A DNA stretch of 64,000 nt from an uncultured Candidatus Saccharibacteria bacterium (GCA_965230925.1 OZ246403.1:266455-330454); one strand, 5' to 3'. Positions 30,457-40,739 are shown, counted from the first letter of the stretch. Notes: a model not told the origin generated them from the sequence alone. Numbers and translations: made by a program.

Positions 30457-31662
30457 CTAGATTCCGGAAGCCAAATTGTAGATAGGCATTAACACTGAGA
30501 CCAAAAGAACGCCCACCATCAAACCCAAAACTACGATCATTGCGGGCTCAATGAGATCGACGAGAGTTCGCACCTCATTATCCACTTCTCGGCGATAAAA
30601 TCGGGCCAAAGTTTGGAGAATAAAGCTCAATTTCCCCGACTCCTCACCCACTTTTACCATTTGGATCATGATATTAGGAATCTCAGGGTACTTGAAGAAA
30701 ACGGCAGAAACCTGTTCACCCGCCTTAATACCCACGCTAGCCTCGGTGAGAATCTCGCGAAAAACCCTATTGTCCACCACTTCGGCGGTAATCTCGAGAG
30801 CCCGTACCATCGAGATTCCCGAGGCCAACATGGTGGCCAGATTATCTGCCATACGAGAAAGATAAATTTTGCGGTATAAACGCCCAACATAGGGCACAGA
30901 AAGCTTAAAGTGAGATAGACTAATTTGCCCTTGCAAGGTTTTTAGATAATGTCGCAAAAAGAGAATGAGCAAAACCAAAAGAATGAACAAATAAGCACCA
31001 TAACTGACAAAAAATTCACTAACACCAATCACAATCTTGGTATAAATCGGCAGTTCTTGGCCTGTCTCTTTAAGAATATCGCTCAACTTGGGGATAACTA
31101 AAGTAATCATCAAAATCATTACCACAATGAAAGAAAGGACGATAAAAGCTGGGTAAATAAGGGCGTTTTTTGCCTTTGAGGTGAGTTCATAGGAACGTTC
31201 AAGGTAATCTGCCAAATAGTTGAAGTTGTCCGACATTTTTCCCGACTCTTCACCCGCCTTAACCATGTTGACGTAAAAATCAGGAAAAACCTTGGGATGC
31301 TTCTCCAAAGCGCCGGAAATAGAGACTCCTGACTTGATGTCGTCGGTAACTTGAGTCAATGTTTCGCGCAAAAAGGGATTATCGGTCTCACTAGCCAACA
31401 AACGGAAAGCGGATAAAGCCGAGACCTTAGCTTCAAACAAGGTCGCAATTTGCCGCGAGATAATAACAACATCTTTAGTCTTAACCTTATGACCAAGAAC
31501 GATGTAACTACCGAGACCGCGGCCCTCACCCACCTGCTTAATATCAACAATGATTAATCCTCGGCGCTGAAGACCGCTAATGGCGAGATTAACATTGGGC
31601 GCGTCGATGGTTCCATCTTCGACTTGACCGTCCTTCGTTGTGGCTTGGTAATTAAAAATCAT
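30457..31662 (-). CDS. pilC: Type IV pilus platform protein PilC (GspF family)
   Basis: 401 aa with three TM segments and two GspF repeats. Confidence 0.9.
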   Translation of the reverse strand: MIFNYQATTKDGQVEDGTIDAPNVNLAISGLQRRGLIIVDIKQVGEGRGLGSYIVLGHKVKTKDVVIISRQIATLFEAKVSALSAFRLLASETDNPFLRETLTQVTDDIKSGVSISGALEKHPKVFPDFYVNMVKAGEESGKMSDNFNYLADYLERSYELTSKAKNALIYPAFIVLSFIVVMILMITLVIPKLSDILKETGQELPIYTKIVIGVSEFFVSYGAYLFILLVLLILFLRHYLKTLQGQISLSHFKLSVPYVGRLYRKIYLSRMADNLATMLASGISMVRALEITAEVVDNRVFREILTEASVGIKAGEQVSAVFFKYPEIPNIMIQMVKVGEESGKLSFILQTLARFYRREVDNEVRTLVDLIEPAMIVVLGLMVGVLLVSVLMPIYNLASGI

Positions 31663-31668
31663 AATGCC

Positions 31669-32733
31669 TTAGATCAAGCGATCGAGCGCCTTAGGATTAA
31701 TTGAGTAACGATAAGCATTCTCGGCCGAAATTTCGCCCTGGCGCACCAGTTCAGCCAAAGAATGGTTGAGGTCGATCATCCCCTGATCAGACCCCGTCTC
31801 GATGACCACATCAATCTCGGCAGTGCGACCCTCACGAATCAGGTTTGCCACAGCATTATTATTAATTAAGAGTTCATAGGCTGGCACCAGACCTCCCGCC
31901 GAACGCGGAACCAGGCGCTGAGAAAAAATCCCGAGAAGAGAACTGGCAAGCTGGACCCGAATCTGCCGCTGTTGATTGGGTGGAAAAGAATCGAGGATAC
32001 GATCCACCGTTTGGGAAGCACTGTTGGTATGAAGGGTTGAGAAAATGAGATGACCCGTCTCTGCCGCTGTTACCGCCGTGGCAATAGTTTCTGGTTCGCG
32101 CATTTCTCCCACCATCGCCACGTTTACATCCTGACGGAACATCGAACGCAAAGCGGTCCTAAAAGAATGGGTATCAAAGCGCACTTCGCGCTGATCAATA
32201 ATGGAACGATCATTCTGGAAAATGTACTCAATCGGATCTTCGATGGTAATAATATGCTCAGACCGCTCTTGATTTATGAGCTGAATAAGAGCAGCTAGGG
32301 TCGTCGATTTCCCCTGCCCAACCGGTCCAACAATGAGAAAAAAGCCCTGCTCCCGCCGAGCAAAATCGGCCAAGCGATCGGGTAAATTGAGCTCGGAAAG
32401 CGGCTTGATTTTATTAGGAATTAAGCGAAAAGCGGCGCCCACCACCCCCTTCTGATAAAAAGCGTTACCGCGGAACCGAATCCCGCCCGGGACACTGTAA
32501 GAAAAGTCTATTTCTTTACTCTCGAGGAACAGAGCGCGATTTTTCTCACTCAAAGCCTCCATCACCATCCCAAGCGTATCGTCTGGCGTGAGTTCTGGTT
32601 TTTTAACAATCGGAATGAGATCCCCCGAAACACGGATGGACGGGTGCCGCCCCGCGGTTAAGTGAAGATCACTCGCCCCTTCGCGAGTCACGATCACAAT
32701 TAAATCTTCGAGCTCTTTTTTATAGTCGGTCAT
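31669..32733 (-). CDS. pilT: Twitching-motility retraction ATPase PilT
   Basis: Walker A (GPVGQGKST), Asp box, Walker B, and an AIRNLIRE-like motif (AVANLIREGR). Confidence 0.9.
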   Translation of the reverse strand: MTDYKKELEDLIVIVTREGASDLHLTAGRHPSIRVSGDLIPIVKKPELTPDDTLGMVMEALSEKNRALFLESKEIDFSYSVPGGIRFRGNAFYQKGVVGAAFRLIPNKIKPLSELNLPDRLADFARREQGFFLIVGPVGQGKSTTLAALIQLINQERSEHIITIEDPIEYIFQNDRSIIDQREVRFDTHSFRTALRSMFRQDVNVAMVGEMREPETIATAVTAAETGHLIFSTLHTNSASQTVDRILDSFPPNQQRQIRVQLASSLLGIFSQRLVPRSAGGLVPAYELLINNNAVANLIREGRTAEIDVVIETGSDQGMIDLNHSLAELVRQGEISAENAYRYSINPKALDRLI

Positions 32734-33140
32734 GGTGTTGCGACTGGTTTTTTACGATTCTTAGTAATTTCCTGCACCCGGGCCACCACTTCCGATGGTG
32801 TTGCGCTTGCCTTCACAATATAACCATCTACCCCGAGAGAAAGAGCGCGTTCGATATCATCTTTCTGGCCAAGATTGGAAAGTACCACCATTACCGCCTC
32901 ACGCTTCCATCCCTTATCAACAATTTCTCGAATCAATTGAAAACCATCCATACCCGGCATGATAATATCGACAAGATAAATATCTGGAACAAAACCACCC
33001 TTTAATTTTTCAATCGCTTCCGTAGCGGAAAAAGCCGGCTCAATCTGAAAACCAGATTCGCCAAACTTGATGAGATACATGTCGATAATAAACTTGTCAT
33101 CATCAACCAGGAGAATTTTTGTTTTATTAGAATCAGCCAT
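32730..33140 (-). CDS. Stand-alone CheY-like response-regulator receiver protein
   Basis: ILLVDDD...D(55)IIMPGMDG...K pattern. 136 aa with no output domain. It is embedded between pilB and pilT. Confidence 0.8.
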   Translation of the reverse strand: MADSNKTKILLVDDDKFIIDMYLIKFGESGFQIEPAFSATEAIEKLKGGFVPDIYLVDIIMPGMDGFQLIREIVDKGWKREAVMVVLSNLGQKDDIERALSLGVDGYIVKASATPSEVVARVQEITKNRKKPVATP

Positions 33141-33152
33141 GGTTTAAGTATA

Positions 33153-34727
33153 CTAAAGCTTGCCCACTTCCTCAAAGGGAATCTTCCCCTCAAAGGCTTT
33201 CAACAACGCATCTTCGCGCATGGTGAGAAAGCCGTTCTTCCGTGCTACCTTATAAATCTCCTCTTCGGTCGGACTCTTAAGCATAATCGCTTCCACTTCA
33301 CGATTAATCTCAAGCACCTCAAAGGCCGCTACTCGACCGCGTGTCCCTGAAGGGCAAGCCGCTGAGCGTGAGGCACGGTAGACCTTATCTGGAACAACAA
33401 TCTTCTTTCTGGTAACCGGATCAACATCCTCAAGGAAAGTATCCACCATCACCTTAATGGCACCGTCGACAAGAATTTCTTCTCGCGAATCCTCACAAAG
33501 AAGGGGTGCCAATCTTTGGCCAATAGCAAGAATCAAAGTGGCGGCGATAAGATACGGCTCAAGACCCATATCTACAAGACGCGGAATGACACCAGCCGCA
33601 TTGTTGGTATGGAGCGTGGCGAGCACCAAGTGACCGGTGAGCGAGGCTTGCACTGCAAGACGAGCCGTTTCTTCGTCGCGAATTTCTCCAACCATGATAA
33701 TGTCCGGGTCCTGGCGCAAAATACTGCGCAAACCATTGGCGAAGGTGTAATCAATTTCCGGCTTCACTTGGGATTGATTCACTCCAGCAATATTGTATTC
33801 AATTGGGTCCTCAAGACTGACAGCATTATTCTTCTCGCGATCAAGCTCGCGAAGCATGGAGTACAAAGTGGTTGTTTTACCCGAACCGGTCGGACCAGTA
33901 ACCAAAATAAGGCCGTAAGGACGCTTCAGCGCTTTCTCTACCACAACGAGCTTGTCACCGTCCAAGCCAAGCGCCGGTAAATTAAGAATAGTCCGCTCGG
34001 GATCAAGAATACGAATTACCACCTTCTCACCAAAGTAAGTGGGCAAGGTGGAAACACGGAAGTCGATCTTGCGACTATCAACGCGCGCAGAAAAGCGTCC
34101 GTCTTGCGGTTTACGCTTCTCATCAAGCTTCATATTGGTCAGGATTTTAATCCGAGCCACCACCGCATCATGAACCGTAACCGGAAGAAAAAGACTAGTG
34201 TAAAGCACGCCGTCGACACGGAAGCGCACTTTCACATTGGTGTCTGACGGCTCAATGTGAATATCGGAAGCTCCACCACCTGTAGCGTGTTGAATGATCA
34301 CCGCCACGATCTTAGTCACCGGAGCATCTTCGATCATCTTTGCCCCTTCTTCCTTAATTGAAGCGGCACCACGCTCCTCTTTTATCTCCGCTTGTTCAGA
34401 CTTAATCTCGGCATCAAGATCGCCTAATGCTTTAGAAACTTGAGTCGAGAGACCTTCATACCCTTTTACCAAATTATCAAAGTCAGCCTGAGAAATCTGG
34501 AAAATCTTAAACGGCATCCCGAGGCGCGAGGTAATAAACTGCAAGGCGTCGCGCGCCTCAAGATTAGTGGGATCAATCATCCCCACCTCAAGCACCCCAT
34601 CGGTTAAACCAACTGGGACAAAGTTGTAGTAATTGGCCGAGTTGAGCGGTATTTGCTTAAGAATCTCCGGTGAGACCTTCTCGCCTTCGGCGAATGTTTT
34701 AACCGGAATAACGAGGTCCTTATCCAT
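33153..34727 (-). CDS. pilB: Type IV pilus assembly ATPase PilB (GspE family)
   Basis: N-terminal GspII-type domain, Walker A (GPTGSGKTTT), and conserved His/Asp boxes. Confidence 0.9.
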   Translation of the reverse strand: MDKDLVIPVKTFAEGEKVSPEILKQIPLNSANYYNFVPVGLTDGVLEVGMIDPTNLEARDALQFITSRLGMPFKIFQISQADFDNLVKGYEGLSTQVSKALGDLDAEIKSEQAEIKEERGAASIKEEGAKMIEDAPVTKIVAVIIQHATGGGASDIHIEPSDTNVKVRFRVDGVLYTSLFLPVTVHDAVVARIKILTNMKLDEKRKPQDGRFSARVDSRKIDFRVSTLPTYFGEKVVIRILDPERTILNLPALGLDGDKLVVVEKALKRPYGLILVTGPTGSGKTTTLYSMLRELDREKNNAVSLEDPIEYNIAGVNQSQVKPEIDYTFANGLRSILRQDPDIIMVGEIRDEETARLAVQASLTGHLVLATLHTNNAAGVIPRLVDMGLEPYLIAATLILAIGQRLAPLLCEDSREEILVDGAIKVMVDTFLEDVDPVTRKKIVVPDKVYRASRSAACPSGTRGRVAAFEVLEINREVEAIMLKSPTEEEIYKVARKNGFLTMREDALLKAFEGKIPFEEVGKL

Positions 34728-34732
34728 GAGGC

Positions 34733-35065
34733 TTAGAGCGGCGCAAAGGGATTCGGTCGGCCGGGATCTTCTGGTTCGAGTTCAAAACTGGAATCGGTTA
34801 AACGTTTGTTGAAAACATCATTGGAAAAAATGTCACTCTTGAGTTCAATTCCTTCAAGACTCTTCAATTGTTGCAAAAATTCATCATTTGACTGGGCAAG
34901 GGCTTCTAGTTCTCCACTCTTATCGCTCGCAGAAGAAAACCCGGATGGTGTGAGCCCTGGATCTACTTCTGGTTCCGGACGGAGAAAGAAGTAATAAACA
35001 CCAAAAGCCAAAACCGCAACGAGAACGAAGGTGATGAGACCAAAGCGAGTTTTAGAACCAGTCAT
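34733..35065 (-). CDS. Small pilus-assembly membrane protein (PilP/PilO-like, uncertain)
   Basis: 110 aa with a single TM. It sits inside the pilus operon and ends in RPNPFAPL. Confidence 0.5.
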   Translation of the reverse strand: MTGSKTRFGLITFVLVAVLAFGVYYFFLRPEPEVDPGLTPSGFSSASDKSGELEALAQSNDEFLQQLKSLEGIELKSDIFSNDVFNKRLTDSSFELEPEDPGRPNPFAPL

Positions 35066-35066
35066 A

Positions 35067-35615
35067 TTATTTATTTAACCAATAGGTTCGTAATTGGACC
35101 GTATAGCTGTAGAAATCTTGAGCCGTGGCCGAAAGAGAAAATCCGGTCACATCAAGGATTCGTAAATTGTCTGAAAGGTTTGCCATAAAAGACTTAAACA
35201 ATTGGTAAGAGCCAGAAACGTTAAAACTAATGTCGACCTGATTCAAACTGTTTTCCTCCGCCGTCGCTTCGGGATTGCTTCTTTCTTCGCTATCACCACC
35301 CACATCTACCACCAGACCAGAAAGCGGCATGCCAGCGCGAACACCAACCCGCAACATTTCAATAATCAATCGCACATTATCCACATGATCAGGGATAAGC
35401 TTATTGAGTCGGTCGAGCTGTTCTTCGGTAATGGCATTTTTCTTATGCCTTAATTCCTCCTGGCGATTAGCAAGCTTGCCAGCGTTTTCAAGACCAAGAT
35501 TTAATTCTTGTTTTGTGGCCTTGAGCTCCTCGATCTGACTCAAGACCGGATCAGTGAAGTAGAAAAAGATGACGGCCGCGAGAGCAAGGAAAATGATTGG
35601 GAGAAATGCGCGCAT
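35067..35615 (-). CDS. PilO-like pilus assembly protein
   Basis: TM, coiled coil, and C-terminal domain architecture, in the operon position of PilO. Confidence 0.55.
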   Translation of the reverse strand: MRAFLPIIFLALAAVIFFYFTDPVLSQIEELKATKQELNLGLENAGKLANRQEELRHKKNAITEEQLDRLNKLIPDHVDNVRLIIEMLRVGVRAGMPLSGLVVDVGGDSEERSNPEATAEENSLNQVDISFNVSGSYQLFKSFMANLSDNLRILDVTGFSLSATAQDFYSYTVQLRTYWLNK

Positions 35616-35616
35616 A

Positions 35617-36249
35617 TTATGAACTTAAACTCTCAATATAAGCTTTATAAGAGGTAATCCCGGGCTTGATGGTGAGGGAAAGACTAAAACTTACTGACCC
35701 AAAGGCATCCGGGGAAAGACCAGAAAAAAGAAAAGTCTCTACGTCCTTACTCGCCGCAAACACATCAGACTGGAGAGCAATACTCTCATAACCCTTAGCT
35801 CGACCAGAAAGAGTAATTTGATTATCACTATAACTGGCACCCGAATATTGAACTGAGGGTAAAGTTAAATCTTCTAACAACTTAAAGACGGGAACAATGG
35901 TGTTGTGATTGTCTAAAACACTCTCAGCGGCCTTAATTTTAGCATCCTTACGGCGGAAATCTTCAATAAGTTCTCGCTGGAAACCGGCTCGAATCCGTTC
36001 AAGACGCGCCCGGAGACCACAGCCATCAGTAGAAGTAATCACATTATCTTGGCAATCCGCCTCAATTTGATTACGCAAAAACTTCGCATAGGCATAACTA
36101 CCACCCAGAAAGACAATCGCAATGAGTAAAACAAGAACAGAAACGAGCATGAACAGGCCGATCATCGGCACTTCACGGCGAGTGCTCTTAGCAAGCGACT
36201 CTTTAGGAATAAATGATTGAGGGATATTTGATTCCATAAATTTAACCAA
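35617..36249 (-). CDS. PilN-like pilus assembly protein
   Basis: Short cytoplasmic N-terminus, TM, and periplasmic domain. Located directly downstream of pilM. Confidence 0.55.
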   Translation of the reverse strand: MVKFMESNIPQSFIPKESLAKSTRREVPMIGLFMLVSVLVLLIAIVFLGGSYAYAKFLRNQIEADCQDNVITSTDGCGLRARLERIRAGFQRELIEDFRRKDAKIKAAESVLDNHNTIVPVFKLLEDLTLPSVQYSGASYSDNQITLSGRAKGYESIALQSDVFAASKDVETFLFSGLSPDAFGSVSFSLSLTIKPGITSYKAYIESLSS

Positions 36250-37357
36250 TTTCTTCTAGGTGGCGCAGAGCGAGCCCCACGGCCACCGAGAAGCCGGGAC
36301 CGGTTTCCTTCAGCACTTTGTCGAGAAAAGCAGGGTACTCAACCTTATCAAAAGCTTGGCCAATCTCGACCGGAATCTCGAAACTAGTCTTGGCCACATC
36401 AAGGAGACCGTGGAGCAAACTACCGCCACCAATGAGCACAATCTTGGTCACCGCGCGCTTTTCCCGCTCCTGATACGAGGTAATGACCTTGTTTACCTCA
36501 GTAAAAATGTACTCGACAATAGTGCTCACCGTACCCGAAACATTCTCGGCGCCAGGCTGTTCCACCAGACCAACACGGCGCTTAATCTCCTCAGCCTTGG
36601 CGAAATCGACTCCCAAGGAACGCGAGATGGCAACAGTAATGTCTTGCGAGCCCTTCCCGATCGTATGCGAGAGTCTCACAATGCCGTAATCAACGATTGC
36701 CATCTTGGCTGTGGCGGCACCGATGTCGAGAATCGCCACCGCGTTCATCTCGCCAGCAAACACCGCTCGGATAGCGCTGAAGGTCTCGATCTCGAGAAAA
36801 GCTGGCGGAAGTTCCGCGATTCGCCCAATCTCTTGGTATTGCTTAATGGTGTCTTTATGAATCGCTACAATCAAGACCTCGATTGTTTTCCCTGCTTCAT
36901 CGCCAGCCGTTTTCAAAATTCTTTTCGGGATAATCCACCAATCGAGCTCCACTTCAGAAATTGGAACCGGGATATACTTTCGCGCTTCAATCGGAACCAT
37001 CTTCGTCAGCTTACTCTCGCCGAGATCGGGCAAAGCCACCATGGTAAGCAAACTCGACCGGAGCGGGATCGCCATCGCCACAGCCTGCGTGGTAATATTG
37101 GCCTCGGTAAACAAATCTTTCAAAAGCGGTGCCATCTTCTCGGGCGACAAATTAGTGACTTGCCCCACTGCAAGATTGCCATACGGACCAAGGGCAATCT
37201 CACCATATGTCTCGAGAATGACGCGACCTTTCTCCTTCCGCAATTGCACTGCCTTCACCGACGAAGTGCCAATATCAACACCAACAACCTGATTCCCCTG
37301 CTTGTGCCAAAGACCATTCTTGCCGAAAGAAAGAAACTTCGAAAAAGGGTTGGACAT
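36242..37357 (-). CDS. pilM: PilM (actin-like ATPase of the type IV pilus alignment complex)
   Basis: VVGVDIGTSSVKAVQL N-terminus and an FtsA/actin fold. Confidence 0.85.
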   Translation of the reverse strand: MSNPFSKFLSFGKNGLWHKQGNQVVGVDIGTSSVKAVQLRKEKGRVILETYGEIALGPYGNLAVGQVTNLSPEKMAPLLKDLFTEANITTQAVAMAIPLRSSLLTMVALPDLGESKLTKMVPIEARKYIPVPISEVELDWWIIPKRILKTAGDEAGKTIEVLIVAIHKDTIKQYQEIGRIAELPPAFLEIETFSAIRAVFAGEMNAVAILDIGAATAKMAIVDYGIVRLSHTIGKGSQDITVAISRSLGVDFAKAEEIKRRVGLVEQPGAENVSGTVSTIVEYIFTEVNKVITSYQEREKRAVTKIVLIGGGSLLHGLLDVAKTSFEIPVEIGQAFDKVEYPAFLDKVLKETGPGFSVAVGLALRHLEEIG

Positions 37358-37398
37358 AAAAATTTGCGCTCACGGCAAGCTGTCGCATTATATCATCA

Positions 37399-38052
37399 AT
37401 GTTTGAAAACTTTATCCACACAATCCTTGATTTCGTCCTCCCGCCTCGTTGTTTGGGTTGCAAACGGCCAGCCCAATACTTATGCACCACTTGCATCAGA
37501 GAGATTCCGCGCGCCGACACCATTGATCTCGAGCATAGTTACGCGCTTTTCACCTATCATGATCCTCGGGTAAAAAAGCTTATTTGGAAACTCAAGTATC
37601 ACGGTCTCACTGCCGTCGCTCCGCGCATCGCAAGCCTTCTTCATGACTTAATTCTCCCTGATCTCGCCGAAATTTCTTTGTTTGAAGCGGGAAAAGTACT
37701 CCTCGTCCCCATTCCGATTACCTCAAAACGCCAAAAAGAGCGGGGTTTTAACCAAGCCGCAGTACTTGCCAAGCATCTAGCCAGGAAAAATCCTGAATCA
37801 CTCATTTACGCACCCAATATTTTGCAAAAAACTAAAGATACTCCAACTCAAGTCTCGATCAAAAACCGCGCCGAGAGGCTAAAGAATCTCGCGGGCGCCT
37901 TCGCCGTCACCGATCCAGATAAAGTGAAAAATCAAACCATTCTCATTCTCGATGACGTTATCACCACCGGCACCACCGTCCGCGAAGCCCGCCGCGTCCT
38001 TCTCCAATCCAACGCCAAAAAAGTTCTCACACTTGCAGTAGCGCATGGGTAA
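37399..38052 (+). CDS. comFC: ComF family protein (ComFC-like: double zinc ribbon + phosphoribosyltransferase domain)
   Basis: C-x2-C...C-x2-C N-terminus (PPRCLGCKRP...LCTTCIRE) and a PRTase motif (ILILDDVITTGTT). Confidence 0.8.
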   Translation: MFENFIHTILDFVLPPRCLGCKRPAQYLCTTCIREIPRADTIDLEHSYALFTYHDPRVKKLIWKLKYHGLTAVAPRIASLLHDLILPDLAEISLFEAGKVLLVPIPITSKRQKERGFNQAAVLAKHLARKNPESLIYAPNILQKTKDTPTQVSIKNRAERLKNLAGAFAVTDPDKVKNQTILILDDVITTGTTVREARRVLLQSNAKKVLTLAVAHG

Positions 38053-38061
38053 AAAGAAAAA

Positions 38062-38148
38062 CGGAGGAGGTGGGATTCGAACCCACGGGCCCCATTTCTA
38101 GGGCCACGGTTTAGCAAACCGTTCCGTTAACCGCTCCGGCACTCCTCC
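38062..38148 (-). tRNA. tRNA-Ser (anticodon GCT)
   Basis: 87 nt with a long variable arm. Anticodon arm ACGGT-TTGCTAA-ACCGT. T loop GGTTCGAATCC. Confidence 0.85.
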
Positions 38149-38223
38149 AATTCATCGACCACAAACTAACACATTTCTTTATCACTGACCATTCTGGTCA
38201 CATGATATACTTGAGTTGTAATT

Positions 38224-40254
38224 ATGGGACAATTCAAGAATCATCCCCACCTATTAACCCTGCTTCTCGTCGGAACATTTCTCATTCTAATAACCATCTA
38301 TTATCAAGACCGTTTACCGACTATTTTTACCTTCGCGCCCCAACAAACCTCCAAAACACCCGGCGGCTTGTTGGAGAAAGCGGTGATCAACGAATTAACC
38401 GAGTTAACACCAGTCAATCAAGAGAGTGAACCCGGTGGCTCCGGCACCGATCTTCTTTCTGAAGTCGACACCAATTCCGATGATTCGCAAGATGAGGATG
38501 ACGAGACAGAACCGCCACGAGAACCAGCGCCACCACCAGACAATGCCACCTGCATAGACTACGGCTCAACAAATGGTCTTCTGACCGTAGAAGGCCAACC
38601 TTATTTCCCCATCGGCCTCTGGGGCATGGGTGGATTAGTGCCGTGGTCGCAGTTTGACGACAGTTTCAATGCCATTGTTGACGCGCCCTGGCCAGCTCTA
38701 CCCGACACCTTGCTTGGCGAACACGGGACCAAATTGTTTTCGCAAGTCCAAAACTCGGTGGCCGCCATCAATCAACAAGAAGATTATCAAAACATTATCG
38801 GTTGGGAATTACCCCATGAAGGTTATCACGAAGGTTACGGTTACAGTGACGAGGAGTTAATCGCTCTCGCCAATGACTTTCGCCAAGCGGACAATTGCCA
38901 TCGCCCCGTTTTTCTCTCCCTTTCTCTGGGCCAAAGTGATCGTTTGGCAGGTTTAAGCGGTGGGCTAGACATGACTTTTGTACAGGCGGGTTATGGACTG
39001 CAAGTGCTACCAATCAAAACCGTCGGCCCTATTATCAAAGACGTAGTTCAAAACATGGCCGGCAAACCTGTCATTGCGGTCAATGAAATTAGTAGTTATC
39101 AACCAGATCGTTACCGTCTCGTGCGCCGACCGCTCAATTTCGGCGAATTACGCGCCGTGTCTTATAGCGAGATTGTAAACGGCGCGAGGGGTGTTTTCTT
39201 CTGGAGTTACCGCCACGGCATGGAAGATACGGGTGATTACGGCTTCGAGGAACAAGAAATTTCCGAGTTTGCTCTTCATGATTCTCCGGATTACAACCAA
39301 GCAGTTTTCGATCTGGGACGGGAATTGAAAACACGAACTAACCTCTTTCTAAAAAATTCCCCCAATATCACGGCGCAAAGTAGCAATCCCGGGGTGGAAT
39401 GTGCCGTCTTTGAGAAAAATCATGCCGGGGCAACTAAACCTTACATTGTCTGCGTAAACGTATCACAAATGGTGAACAATTATCTCGATTATGGCGGTGG
39501 GGCAACTGTGCACCGCCTCTTTGCCCAAGCTGAAGCCACCACCGGTGAATTCTATCCCGCTCAATTCTCCACTTATTTTCCTTTCGAAACGGTAGATTTA
39601 ACCATAGACAGTGTCAGTCAGGCTCCGGGAAAGATCTTGTTCCAAAATATTTACACTGGCATCACCAACACCCCGCGCACCTTAGACAAAGTAAAGATTT
39701 TCTTCGACAACGGTTCGACCCCCGGAACCCAATTCCAATACGCGATTTATAAAGATGACACGAGGGATGAGGTGCCAGACGCTAGACTGTGGCTGTCTGA
39801 CCCCGTTCCCGTTCCCACCACTGCTGGTTATTATGAATTCCCACTACCCAATATCACCGTCGAGCCAATCAAACACCATTTCCTCGCTATTAAGCCTGCC
39901 CCCGGCTCAAATGGCTCCATCTACGTTCGCCGGCAAGATGTGCGTGGCGGAGCACGAGTAAAAGACAATAATCCAGCGCCAGACTATCAGCCAAGGTGGG
40001 GGGATGTACCCCTTAACGAGAATTTTGGACCACTTTTTTCCGACAACCCTGTTTTTGGCGCACAAATTACCGTGAGCGGCGGCAATTTCAACACTTATTG
40101 TTCTAATATTTCCGCGAATACGCTTGATCCTGACACTTGCACCTCGGGTACGCTAAATAATAATAAAATTGTAACAGAACTTGTGCCCGGGTATTCTGGA
40201 CCGTATGTCAACTTCGACCCCTACGCCGTTCATATCTATCGCTTAGATAATTAA
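38224..40254 (+). CDS. Membrane-anchored extracellular hypothetical protein (676 aa), possibly a TIM-barrel glycoside-hydrolase-like fold
   Basis: N-terminal TM, then an acidic Ser/Asp/Glu-rich linker, then a large globular region. No confident family assignment. Confidence 0.7.
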   Translation: MGQFKNHPHLLTLLLVGTFLILITIYYQDRLPTIFTFAPQQTSKTPGGLLEKAVINELTELTPVNQESEPGGSGTDLLSEVDTNSDDSQDEDDETEPPREPAPPPDNATCIDYGSTNGLLTVEGQPYFPIGLWGMGGLVPWSQFDDSFNAIVDAPWPALPDTLLGEHGTKLFSQVQNSVAAINQQEDYQNIIGWELPHEGYHEGYGYSDEELIALANDFRQADNCHRPVFLSLSLGQSDRLAGLSGGLDMTFVQAGYGLQVLPIKTVGPIIKDVVQNMAGKPVIAVNEISSYQPDRYRLVRRPLNFGELRAVSYSEIVNGARGVFFWSYRHGMEDTGDYGFEEQEISEFALHDSPDYNQAVFDLGRELKTRTNLFLKNSPNITAQSSNPGVECAVFEKNHAGATKPYIVCVNVSQMVNNYLDYGGGATVHRLFAQAEATTGEFYPAQFSTYFPFETVDLTIDSVSQAPGKILFQNIYTGITNTPRTLDKVKIFFDNGSTPGTQFQYAIYKDDTRDEVPDARLWLSDPVPVPTTAGYYEFPLPNITVEPIKHHFLAIKPAPGSNGSIYVRRQDVRGGARVKDNNPAPDYQPRWGDVPLNENFGPLFSDNPVFGAQITVSGGNFNTYCSNISANTLDPDTCTSGTLNNNKIVTELVPGYSGPYVNFDPYAVHIYRLDN

Positions 40255-40578
40255 TTACTTCACCTCGCTCCCTGGAGCAACTTCGCGCTCGGGGTGAAGG
40301 ACAATTGGTCCAGTTTCGCCACTCGCGGCGAGAACCATGCCTTGGCTTTCGAGGCCGCGGATCGTGCGCGGCTCGAGATTGGTGAGCACGGGCAAAAGTT
40401 TGCCAACCAAAACCGTGGGGTCGGGATATGACATGGCAATACCGGAAATAATTTGCCGCTGTTCGCCACCAAAGTCGATCATCAGACGCAAAAGTTTATC
40501 GGCCTCGGGCACTTTCTCAGCCGAGACCACTTTACCAATTTTAATCTCGAGTTTCTTGAAGTCGTCGATGGTGATCAC
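40255..40578 (-). CDS. Stand-alone tRNA-binding domain protein (Trbp111/CsaA/EMAP-II-like OB fold, PF01588-like)
   Basis: DFKKLEIKIGKVVSAEKVPEADKLLRLMIDFGGEQRQIISGIA...LPVLTNLEPRTIRGLESQGMVLAA fits the tRNA_bind OB-fold pattern. GTG start at 40578. Confidence 0.8.
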   Translation of the reverse strand: MITIDDFKKLEIKIGKVVSAEKVPEADKLLRLMIDFGGEQRQIISGIAMSYPDPTVLVGKLLPVLTNLEPRTIRGLESQGMVLAASGETGPIVLHPEREVAPGSEVK

Positions 40579-40739
40579 AAACTATTTCTTCTTGGGTTTC
40601 TTTTTCTCTTTGCGTTGAGACGCATTACCTTTGGCCATAAAATTAAATTTAACTGCTAATCCTAAAATTGTAGCACAAAAAAGAACCGCCTCAAGTTTAC
40701 CTGTCGGCAAACTCGAGAGCGATTCTTTTTCGGCGTTAT

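Noticed and set aside
36260-37573. 437-aa plus-strand ORF
   Set aside because: Entirely antisense to pilM, with a low-complexity, Arg/His-rich translation. It is a shadow ORF of the GC-rich pilM gene.
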